This document shows, piece by piece, positions 23,269 through 34,050 of a stretch of 64,000 nucleotides of DNA. The DNA is from Heptranchias perlo. Lineage: Eukaryota. Location of the stretch: positions 56,544,001-56,608,000 of the forward strand of contig NC_090328.1 in NCBI RefSeq assembly GCF_035084215.1, written 5' to 3'. How positions within the stretch are numbered: position 1 is the stretch's first letter; each line of letters opens with the position of its first letter. The position numbers were made by a program, and so were the translations under genes. Below the pieces are notes generated by a model. It did no database searches and was not told the DNA's origin. It was given only the letters and a program-made list of their open reading frames with translations.

Positions 23269-24548
23269 GTGTGACCCCCCTTAATTTTTCAATAATACTT
23301 GTTTTTATATTGCCTTATTATCATATCAAAATGCCTCAAAGCAATTTGATTTGAGCTTTTTTGAGTGCAGCGGTTGTTATATGGGAAAACATAGATCCAT
23401 CAAATCTTTTGGTTTTATATACTAGCATCTTATATGTAGGGAAATGTTGTTGAATTTGTTTTTGGATAATTTTCTGGAGAAGTTTGTGCATTTTATGGCT
23501 TGATGTCATTTGTGTTTATTTTTGGTGAAGTACAGATCCCCATTTTATATCTGCTTTTTGTGCATTGTTACAGGGTTGCCATAAGCCCCTGAGCCTTGGC
23601 TTTGCCAACCTATGCTTCAGTTCTCTGGATTTAGTTAAGTGATGTATGTCCATACAAGGGTCATATATTAGGCAAATCAAAACTTCAACTATGTGGATTT
23701 TTTAATGGTTTGTAGACTCCTAAGTATGGCAAGTAGTCTTTCTGTGTTTCACTCATGGTTAATCCAAAAAATGCATAAACATGTAACATTGGCATTTCAG
23801 CAGAAGTGTGACTGTCTCTGGATCATTTTATTAGGATTGAAATCATGATTTTTTTTTAAATTTTAAAAATGAGCCTCTAAATTTCACGCTGCAATCTTTA
23901 AAATGGCTATCTGATGCAGTAACAGCTGCTTCACAGCCGTGTGACAATTAGGATAAAATGCCAATAGCTTTTGTTTTCTGGACTTAATTATATCTAATGA
24001 ACATATATTTCCCAAGTTTAAAGTATAGATTGCTAAGGGAGGACTGAAATGTATTATAACAAATTGGTTATTCACCTTTTTCAAAAAAAATGAAAATAGG
24101 AGCTTTTTTAAACTTGCCTTTGCCTGAGGTTCTGAAAATAGAGTAATATGAGGATTTTCATATGATAGTGTTTTTAAATGTGTTGATTTACTGTAGAACT
24201 ATATATAGAATATATTCTGCCAATAATAACTAATTTACCTTTATTCCTTTGGTATTTTCTCACCTTTAGTCACTTCTATAACACTTGTTTGCACGATTTA
24301 AGATCAAGCCTTTTATGGTTGCTGTTCAATAGTGTGCCCGTTTTAATGTCATTTTGATCTTTACCTTTTTGGAAACTATTATGGTGCTGGAGATTTTTTC
24401 GGAGAGCGTGTGATTACAAAATACAGAGTCACAGGCACAGTATTCTGAAAATTTGCAAGTATTTTTGCAGCAGTCCTGTACATTTGTTCTGAGTCTGTCT
24501 CTTAATTTGAGAGTGGATGTGTTCACTCTTTATTGTATTATTTTTCAG

Positions 24549-24715
24549 ATCCCTCAGTTCCTTCTGGATGACTGTTACAAGAATGGAATACCCTGCCGTA
24601 TATTCTGTACTCAGCCCCGGCGACTTGCAGCTATTGCTGTGGCAGAAAGGGTTGCTGCAGAGAGGGGTGAGAAGATTGGGCAGACTATTGGTTACCAGAT
24701 ACGACTGGAGAGCAG
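24549..24715 (+). CDS. YTHDC2: YTHDC2 coding exon 5 (motif Ia)
   Basis: IPQFLLDD...[36 protein letters not shown]; 167 nt. Confidence 0.97.
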
Positions 24716-24793
24716 GTATAAAGAAAGAAGCTGTTTAACACAAAAGTGCACTTGATATTTAAGTTTGCTAATGCAAAATTAATTTTGTTTCAG

Positions 24794-24896
24794 GGTTTCC
24801 CCAAAGACACTGCTGACATTTTGTACTAATGGAGTACTCCTTCGAACACTAATGGCTGGAGATGGCACCTTAGCAGCTGTCACACATGTGATAGTA
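24794..24896 (+). CDS. YTHDC2: YTHDC2 coding exon 6 (motif Ib)
   Basis: VSPKTLLTFCTNGVLLRTLMAGDGTLAAVTHVIV; 103 nt. Confidence 0.97.
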
Positions 24897-24949
24897 GTAA
24901 GTTTATCAGAATGATGCATGTATCCATTTTCCCTAACTGAACAGAACAT

Positions 24950-25512
24950 GAAATAAAAACAGAAAATGCTAGAAATATAGGTTCTTCAGCATCTGAAAGG
25001 GGAAGAGCTGTTAATATTATTTTGGTTGTGGTCCTTTCCTCAGAACTGGAGGATATCCCTGTTGTAGGACTGAACAAAACAATCTGTGAGGTAGTGACAG
25101 ACATTCTTTTTTTAAAAAGGTGGGAGTGGAAGCATGGAAATGGGGGCAGACCTGGCCTATGGCCCTGTCATCCACAGCTAAGTGAAAATCTTAGATGAGG
25201 GAAAAAGGACTGGCATGGGGAGTGGTTATCAGAGCAGATACTATGACAATGGAGAAACAGGGAGAAAGGGATGGAGCTGTTGCAGGGTGGAGTGGGACCA
25301 TGTACAGCATGATCCCAGCATGAAAGCACATCTCCTTGCACCTATTCTTTCCCTGTATCCTTCATTTTGCTGAGCCCTTAAAAGGGCTTGATTATCTTCC
25401 AGTTACCAGTTGGAACAAAGGATCTACACCTAGAACATTAACCTGCCATTTCTATTTTCAGGTGCTGATAGACTGAATATCTATTTCCAGCATTTTTTAT
25501 TTTAGATTTGCA
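24950..25512. mobile_element. Decayed Penelope-like relic with degenerate inverted termini
   Basis: AAAAACAGAAAATGCTAGAAATA...CAGCATCTG...TCAGAACTGG is mirrored by CCAGTT...CAGGTGCTG...TATTTCCAGCATTTTTTATTTT. Confidence 0.55.
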
Positions 25513-26009
25513 GTTTGTTTCCCTTTATCCCTACTATGAAACAAGTGGCCACAATGCAAAATTCTAAAACAATTCCAGTATAATTAGCATTTAAAACATT
25601 TAGCAATATAGTTAATTTACTGGAACAAGCAATTTTTGGAATGTTGACAAGGTACTCTGGTGGTGTACTATATTGGTTTTAACCTACATATTAGGTTTAG
25701 GTTTCCCAACAAAACCAATTATATGCCAGGTGCTTGTTCAGGGTGGGGAAGTCACAGGAATTGCTCTTGTGTCCCTCCGAGTGTGCAGGTTACGTTACAA
25801 CAGAGTCCTTGAAGCAGCGCACCTGTTTGGCTGAGGAATTGTGCCTTTTTTTAGGGGAGGAAAGTGGAAGCAGGGAAGCAAGTTTGAAAAGGAGAGAAAA
25901 TGCAAACTAACCAAAAAAGATCTTAGTTTTGAAAAGGTAGTGTTATACTTTGTTTTAAACCAAACTTGATTGATATAACAATTTTAATGAAAATTACCAA
26001 TTAATTTTT

Positions 26010-26872
26010 AACAACAACTTGCATTTATATAGTGCCTTTAATGTAGTAAAATGTCCTAAGATGCTTCGCAGGAGAGTTATCAAACAAAATTTGACACCGA
26101 GCCACATGAGAGATTAGGACAGGTGAAAGAGGTAGGTTTAAAGTTGGACAGAGAGGTTTAGAGAAGGATTTCCAGAGCTTAGGGTCTAGGCAGCTGAAGG
26201 CACAGCTGCCAATGGTGGAGCGAAGAAAATCGGGGATGCACAAGAGGCTGGAATCGGAGGAACGCAGAGATGAGGGCTTTCGAGCTGGAGAAGGTTAGAG
26301 ATAGGGAGGGGCGAGGCTATGGAGGGATTTGAAAACAAGGATGAGAATTTTAAAATCAAGGCGTTGCCGGACCAGGAGTCAGTGTAGGGCACAGGGGTGA
26401 TGGGTGAACGGGACTTCGTGCGAGTTAGGATACAGGCAGCAGAATTTTGGATGAGCTCAAGATTACGGAGCTGCAAGATGGGAGACTGGCCAGGAGAGCA
26501 TTGGAATAATCAAGTCTAGAGGTAACAAATGTAAACAATTTTACAACACCAAGTTATAGTCCAACGATTTTATTTTTAATCGTTGGACTATAACTTGGTG
26601 TTGTAAAATTGTTTACAATTGTTAACCCCAGTCCATCACCGGCATCTCCACATCAGAGGTAACAAAGGCAGGGATGAGGGTTTCAGCAGCACGTGAGGCA
26701 GGGGTGGAGATCAGCGATGTTATGGAGGTGGAAGTCGGCGGTCTTGGTGATGGAGAGGATATGGGGTCGGAAGTTCAGCTTAGGGTCAAATAGGATGCCA
26801 AAATTATGAAGTCTGATTCAGCCTTAGACAGTGGCCAGGGAGAGGGATGGAGTCGGTGGCTAGGGACCGAAG
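26010..26872 (-). mobile_element. L2 LINE 3' fragment, interrupted at 26530-26654
   Basis: LELIQNSAACILTRTKSRSPITPV; tail GGCACTATATAAATGCAAGTTGTTGT on the minus strand. Confidence 0.88.
26530..26654. mobile_element. Second Penelope-like terminal relic, opposite orientation, with perfect 40-bp palindrome and 12-bp TSD
   Basis: AGAGGTAACAAA at 26518-26529 and 26655-26666; arms 26530-26569 / 26578-26617. Confidence 0.8.
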
Positions 26873-26918
26873 ACAGGCTCTCATAGTTTGTAAAGTGTGT
26901 TAGCACTCTATCGTTAGA

Positions 26919-27174
26919 ATGGGAACGCCACCACCTGCGCATTCCCCTCCAAGTCACACACCATCCCGACTTGGAAATATATCGCCGTTCCTTCATCGTG
27001 GCTGGGTCAAAATCCTGGAACTCCCTACCTAACAGCACTGTGGGAGAACCTTCACCACACGGACTGCAGCGGTTCAAGAAGGCAGCTCACCACCACCTTC
27101 TCAAGGGCAATTAGGGATGGGCAATAAATGTCGGCCTCGCCAGCGACGCCCACATCCCATGAACGAATAAAAAA
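26919..27174 (+). mobile_element. Family-B LINE 3' end
   Basis: Reverse complement of 7770-8030 and 50150-50410; ends CCCACATCCCATGAACGAATAAAAAA. Confidence 0.9.
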
Positions 27175-27931
27175 TTACTGGAGCTGCAGTTGACTAAATA
27201 GTGGGAAATTTTACTACAAAAGCTAATCTTAGCCACCCCAGAAAGTTTGGATTTTACGTTTGTGCTAACCAAATTGTAGCTGCATCACTAATTTTATTTT
27301 TCACTAATTTCTAGTTCAATTCTTCCACCCTCCTCCTATTGCTGTATCTTTCTGCAATGTTTTTTCTGTGAAACAGTGTGGTTGTATGGCCTGGACTACT
27401 GCACCTTCAGGATATGCCTGCTTTCTGCTGTCCAGTGCTCCAGATAGCCACTTGGTTAGAAACTATGGAAATTTGTTTAGTAAAAGCATTTCAGTTCAAT
27501 TGACAGTCTGTCCTGGGATTTGAGTTTGTGATCCTCAGAGATGATGCAGCATGGTTATTCAAGAACTTTGTTCACAGCTCAGCAAACTGGCTCTTCTTCC
27601 TTGCAACTCAGATCTGGACTTGTGGAGCAAGACTTGAACATTCCTAATACATGCCACTAAACATTAGGGCACTAATGTGCAGCACCACTTCGCTTAGCCT
27701 GGTTGAATTCATCCTACAAATGCAAAGGCTGTTCACCATGTGAATTGAATGAATTAAGTTAAGTGATAAATGTATGGGAGGGTATATGCTATGCAACAAC
27801 TAACCAGCTAACTGATAAAAGTTGAAGTTGCACAGATTAAAAATTGGATGTTACCATGCTTTTGTTTTACTAAGTGTACAGTTGATGCTTAAGAATACAT
27901 ACCCATCCTTTTCCCTTTTTTTGTGTGCCAG

Positions 27932-28088
27932 GATGAAGTGCATGAGCGAGATCGGTTTAGTGATTTCTTATTAACTAAACTGAGGGATCTGATGCAAAAA
28001 CACCCATCTCTAAGACTTATACTTTCTAGTGCAGCTCTGGATGTTAATCTCTTCGTCAGATACTTTACTGGATGTCCTGTCATTTACA
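27932..28088 (+). CDS. YTHDC2: YTHDC2 coding exon 7 (motif II DEVH, motif III SAA)
   Basis: DEVHERDRFSDFLLTKLRDLMQKHPSLRLILSSAALDVNLFVRYFTGCPVIY; 157 nt. Confidence 0.97.
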
Positions 28089-29465
28089 GTAAGTAAAAGC
28101 TAGTGAACAACATTTTATATGTACCTAGTATCCTGTAATAAAATAAAGTCCACTTTTGTGGTATTTAATTTGCCACGGCCTCGACACTTTGACTATCAGT
28201 CTTCCTTTTTTTAAGTCTCATAAGCTGTTCACTTAAAGAATATTTGGTATTGCCACAAGAGCAGACCTTTTTAAAGTGAAGATAGTTTGGCAAAATATTA
28301 CCATTTGCCACTTCAGTTAAACATGGTCATAAATTTGAGCTTTGAGAGGAAATTTAAACTGCTGATAATTTATTACCAATTAGTACCACATTATCAGTAT
28401 TACTCAGACCAGAAGGATGGGTAGTGTGGTAAATGAAAATGTCGCAATGATACAATAGGAGATGTTTTTCTAGGCTGGGTTAAGATACATTGGACATAGC
28501 AGAGGGAGCTTCTCTGCATCCATGTTGTCCCTACCTGGGGATGCTTTAATCTGATACCAGTTGCCTAAAATGAAGATGTGTTCCCATTTCCCATTGTGAA
28601 CAAAAATAATCCTTATTGAGGTTTGGTACAGTATAACTCTGACCTTAGTATATCATGCTGTCTGCACTGCTCACATATCTTATGTATGCAGTGACCATTA
28701 AGTCAGTGGAGCAAAATGTTTCTTGGTATTAGTTATGGACACTTACAGCAATGTACCTAAGTGGATGTTTTCTGAGGGTTAGTATTTATATAGAGGATGA
28801 AAGAATTTTGTAAAACTAGGCAAATACTTGTTTCATTTTGAGAATAGGAATTTTAGGTAGACTCATGACTAAATACAGGTTACTAAGTGGGGTAGTGAAT
28901 TATGTCATATATTTGTCACTCTTTAAGGCAGAAGGCATCTGGGAAAATTGGAGCTTAATGTACTCTGGGATGGTCACTTCGTTGGCTAACATGTGGATGG
29001 CTCCTCTTGAAGCCAGCTGCAGGACAGCAATCTAAAGTAGCATGTTTCCTTTCACATTGGCTCAATGGATACTGTAGGAAAGAAAAGTTTATATCCGTGA
29101 CTGATCAGGGTGATCTGTTCCAAGTTAGCCTTAAGATGCAAGTTATTGGAACCCTGCTGCCATTTTTTTTACACTCTTGGTTTGGCTAGATTCACCCATG
29201 AGCGGGATTTTATCATCGTCCCTTAGGGTAAAATTAACCGGGACACTGTTTCTTTAAGCAGGTCACTAGGAGGTTACTGGAGTCTTTGGAGCAAGACACC
29301 TGTTCTGTTGGTGAGAGAGTAGTGAGTGGCATTAAAGGGACTTGAGAGATGACAATAATTTGGAAAATGTGTAATAGAACTAACTGACATGCCTTTGTCA
29401 AACTCTTGGTCATGGTAAACAATTTAAAATTATATATTGTATCAGAGAAATTGCAGATTCAACTA

Positions 29466-30373
29466 TGGATTTTGGTGGCATTGTAAGCAGTGTAGATGAA
29501 AACATAAAATTACAAAGCGATATTGGTAGATTAGGTGAATGGGCAAAACTGTGGCAGATGGAATTCAATGTAGGCAAATGTGAGGTCATCCACTTCGGAC
29601 CAAAAAAGGATAGAACAGGGTACTTTCTAAATGGTAAAAAGTTAAAAACAGTGGATGTCCAAAGGGACTTAGGGGTTCAGATACATAGATCATTGAAGTG
29701 TCATGAACAGGTGCAGAAAATAATCAATACAGCTAATGGAATACTGTCCTTTATATCTAGAGGACAAGAGAACAAGGGGGCAGAAGTTATGCTGCAGCTA
29801 TACAAAACCCTGGTTAGACCGCACGTGGAGTACTGTGAGCAGTTCTGGGGACCGCACCTTCGGAAGGACATATTGGCCTTGGAGGGAGTGCAGCGTAGGT
29901 TTACTAGAATGATACCCGGACTTCAAGGATTAAGTTACGAGGAGAGATTACACAAATTGGGGCTGTATTCTCTGGAGTTTCGAAGGTTAAGGGGTGATCT
30001 GATCAAAGTTTATAAGATATTAAGGAGAATGGATAGGGTGGATAGAGAGAAACTATTTCCGCTGGTTGGGGATTCTAGGAGTAGGGGGCAATGTCTAAAA
30101 ATTAGAGCCAGACCTTTCAGGAGCGAGATTAGAAAACATTTCTACACACAAAGGGTGGTAGAAGTTTGGAACTCTCTTCCGCAAACGGCAATTGATACTA
30201 GCTCAATTGCTAAATTTAAATCTGAGATAGATAGCTTTTTGGCAACCAAAGGTATTAAGGGATATGGGCCAAAGGCAGGTATATGGAGTTAGATCACAGA
30301 TCAGCCATGATCTTATCAAATGGCGGAGCAGGCACAAGGGGCTGAATGGCCTATTTTTATTCCTATGTTCCTA
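29466..30373 (+). mobile_element. Young 5'-truncated CR1 with uninterrupted 275-codon ORF2 end
   Basis: WQMEFNVGKCEV...LYKTLVRPHVEYC...RRLRGDLI...WNSLP; tail ATTCCTATGTTCCTA. Confidence 0.93.
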
Positions 30374-30396
30374 ATCTTTGATGCCTTTCTTTCAAG

Positions 30397-30504
30397 TTCA
30401 AGGGAGACCATTTGAAGTAAAAGAACTGTTTTTAGAGGACATCTTACGTACCACTGGGTACACAAATAAAGAAATGTTGAAATATAAAAAAGAGAAACAG
30501 CGAG
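30397..30504 (+). CDS. YTHDC2: YTHDC2 coding exon 8
   Basis: IQGRPFEVKELFLEDILRTTGYTNKEMLKYKKEKQR; AAG| acceptor, |GTAAGC donor; 108 nt. Confidence 0.96.
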
Positions 30505-32360
30505 GTAAGCTCAAATAACCCAGGAGTTTTCTTATTGAATACTGTCTGCTTTTCAATGCAAGCCTGATATCACTCCCAAAATTGAGGCTTACTCTCAAAA
30601 TAGTTTCAATATATTTTTGAATTGTTGCTTGTTAGGAGACTGCTTTACTACTTGAATATTGTACAATGGTTTGTTTATTTATACTAGTCGTTCTCCCATG
30701 GCGTTGCACACTAGGAGTCGAGACCAAGTAGTCTTTGGATAAAATAGGTGAGGAGAGAGGAGTTGAGAGGGGAAGGAAAATATGTTTGATTCCAGAATGT
30801 TTAGTGTTGTATAAGTTTAAGAACTCTCAAAGTCACAATTGATTTAAAATTTTCACAGTTCAATAAGCTGATTTTAAAAAAATCACGCTTCACTATAGGA
30901 TAAAAGTTGAATTTAAAAAAAATCACATCTCTTTTAAGTAAGTTGATTAAAATATTTACAGCACTTCATAATTGAAAATGAGACTGATTAACACAACCTT
31001 GTTTTAAAAAAAATATCAAATACATCTACAGAAAGCTGAGGCTAGACTTACAGTATTCAGGAAGGAAGGTTTTCTCAGTAGGCAAATGGCCAATACAGCA
31101 AGGCACCTGAGACTTCATGGTAGTGAGGGAACACTGGGCAGTAATGGGGGGAACACTGGGATGGAGTGGATGATGGCAGTTATTAGGGCAAGACAGGCTC
31201 CAGTAAGTGTGCATGCACCTACTGGAAGCAGAGCGACAATTATGGCAAGAGTGGGTGGAAGTTATTGGGCAGGGGGAGGCGCAAATGGAAGTCAATGCCT
31301 CTAATAAGAGAAGGCCTGCAGCACAAAGAGGACAAAAAACAAAACAAACAACCAGCAGGCTTCAGCAGGATGTTGTATGTAGCTCCAACCATTGTGGGAG
31401 CCCAATCACCGACAAACACAAGATGGAGAGGGTGAGTGGTATGGCTCTGAAGGCTGCTGAAACTGCTAGTTTTTAAATTGCAATGGTTTATAAACTAATT
31501 ACATTTTAACACATAAAAATTTGAAAGTATAGTATTTTTAAAAAAATGCAATTTAAAAAGTCTATAAAAGCAAGAAGTTGTATTTATATAAAGCACCTTT
31601 CGTGAATGCAGTACGTCCCAAAGCACTTCTCGGCCAAGGAAGCACAATCACTGTTGTAATGTAGGGAAACCTGGCAAGGAGGTTGCCGGTCCTAGTATTG
31701 AATCCTAGATTTGTTTTGAAGGGAAAGTTTAAATTAACAAAAAAAAAATTCCAGCCTTGGCTCTGGCTGTATGGAGTGGCACTGAAGTTGCTCCCAAAAC
31801 AACAGTTGAAATACAGATCTATCAATGGGGTAGTTACTCTTTCACTTTCGGCCCCTTCCCCCCCCCCCCCCCCCCCCCAACCCCACGCTCTAGGTGTAGC
31901 AGATGTAGCAAAATTTTGGACATTTAATACCTTGTGTTACAATGTCTGATTAACCAGCTGTTAAACTGTAATTGACAATATTTTTGCCAAACCACAAAGC
32001 AAGGTTTTATAAATTCAACAAAAATTTGTCCCTTTTTCTGCACTGAAAATGTCCAAATTCCTTTTAAAATATGCAAAACACTCACTCTGAAGGGATTTAA
32101 CCGTTTTAACAGAGATAAATCCAAGAAAGCAGCCTTGACATGAAAAGAAAATATACCAGTGTATCACCTTCCCTACCTGACTTGATTCTAATGAAAAGAA
32201 ATTATATTGAGCCACCAGGCTTGAGCATTAGTCCAGTTTTTGTAAGATTTTAACCTAACAATAATATTCTGTGTTCCTGTACTATTCTTAGTTAAATTTA
32301 AACATACTTAAAATAATTATTGTATTAAATGCTGAGAATAATTATATTTTATCTTCTCAG

Positions 32361-32515
32361 AGGAAAAGCAACAAACAAACCTAAGTGAATGGTATAAAGC
32401 TAAGGAGACCAGCAGTGCTAGCAGATCAGAGTATCAAAGGCAAAGATTTATCCCAAGCCTGACAGCAGAAAACGATTTGCTTGACGATGGTGGTGACAGT
32501 GTATTCAGTCAATTG
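32361..32515 (+). CDS. YTHDC2: YTHDC2 coding exon 9
   Basis: EEKQQTNLSEWY...DLLDDGGDSVFSQL; 155 nt. Confidence 0.94.
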
Positions 32516-33404
32516 GTAATTTGGCTAATTTTTAAATGAGTATCTTGTGATTTTTCTTATTCCTGTCTTCCTGCCCTGCTACCCAACTTGACCATTTATA
32601 TTATTGGTTACAAGGGCATCTGGTTCAATCTACAGACATTTCCAATTTCTATGGATTCTTAGTCCGCTAACAATGAATGTGCTGCAGTAATGGAAGACCA
32701 GCAAATTTCCTTTTCTCCCCAAGATGCCATGGTTGAAACCAAATATCCTACGCCATGAAGCTTGAGTGTAGATGCCAGTTGAGATTGAGATTCACTCAGG
32801 CCTTTTAGTTGAGCGTCCATTGCTGTTGCATTGCAACAGTTGGTTTGCCCTTTGGTCAATTCCATTTTAATCAAAATAGAAAGCATAAGCAAAACGTATA
32901 CAAAAAGAAGGGTGAAAAATGGACATCAAGCCCATCCTTCCAGACACAGTACAACCATGTACACCGTTGACCCCACATGAATCTCCTGGGAGAAGCAAGA
33001 GAAAAAGAATCTGGCCAATTCAGGAAAAACTCTGGGAAATTCCTTGCTGACTCCCTGAGACATCAAACAATGCCCCATGAGGTTGCTGTAGCCCTTCCTA
33101 ATCCCAGCCAACTAGTAGTTTATCCGCTATAACTGGAAATTGCCCTCTTTTCACTGGGAACTTGTAAGTTCCCTATTAAAGAATTGAAAAATAGAGCTGA
33201 AGCAAATAGCAAATGTTATAGTAACAAAACTACTCATGTCTGAAATAGCTTTAGTATGATAACCCTAAACTATAAAAAGATAATTTTGATTTAAAAATGA
33301 GATTATTTGCTTTGATTCTACAGGTCCTGATCCTCTTCTGTTTTTCTCTATTGTTTCCTCTTTCCCATTTTCTTATTGTCTTATTTATTTTGTACCCAAT
33401 TTTC

Positions 33405-34050
33405 CTAGGAATGCTAGTAGGCCATTCAGCCCCTAGAGCCTGTTCCACCATTCAATTAGAGTATGACTGATTTGTATCTTAATTCCATCTACCAACAATA
33501 ACCTCTAACACCCTTGCCTAACAAAAATCTATTAATCTCTGTTTTTAAATTTTTAATTGACCTCACCTCAACAGCTTTTGGAGGAGAGAATTCCAGATTT
33601 CCACTACCCCTTTGTGTGAAGAAATGCTTTCTGACATCACCCCCTGAATGGCTCAGCTCTAATTTTAAGGTTATGCTCCCTTGCTTTGGACACTCCTACC
33701 AGAGAAAATAGTTTCTCCCTATCTTATCCAATCCTTTAATCATCTTAAACGCTTCACTTAGATCACCCCTTAATCTTATATATTCAAGAGAATACAAGCC
33801 TAGTCTATGAAACCAGTCCTCATAATTTAACCCTTTTAGCCCCGGTATCATTCTGGTGAATCTGTGCTGCATCCCCTCCAAGGTCAGTATATCCTTCCTG
33901 AGGTGTGGTGCCCAAAACTGAGTGCAGTACTTCAGATGGGGAATAAGGAGAGGCCCGTACAGCTGTAGCATAACTTCCATCCCTTTGTATTCCAGCCTCT
34001 TTGAGATAAAGGCCAACATTCCATTAGCCTTTTTAGTTATTTTTTGTATC
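33405..34050 (-). mobile_element. CR1 3' fragment
   Basis: MLAFISKRLEYKGMEVMLQLY...RLRGDLSEAFKMIKG. Confidence 0.88.

Noticed and set aside
25010-25445. Additional hammerheads in the second Penelope-like relic
   Set aside because: The minus copy keeps CUGAGGA but lacks GAAA and stem II; the plus copy has lost the CUGANGA box.
27932-28040. DEVH and SAA instead of DEAH and SAT as unusual helicase motifs
   Set aside because: These are the normal YTHDC2 sequences.
29465-30292. 275-aa ORF (also 7832-8656 and 50445-51260) as novel or domesticated RT genes
   Set aside because: They are 5'-truncated or frameshifted LINE ORF2 pieces with ordinary 3' tails; open frames reflect youth.
30683-30712. 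Helitron-like 3' end (CTAG plus GCAACGCC hairpin) on the minus strand
   Set aside because: The hairpin arms do not pair well and no matching 5' TC end could be placed.
21585-31878. Poly-C tracts (~21585-21602, ~31858-31878) as G-quadruplex elements
   Set aside because: Simple homopolymers with no supporting context; lengths are prone to sequencing error.
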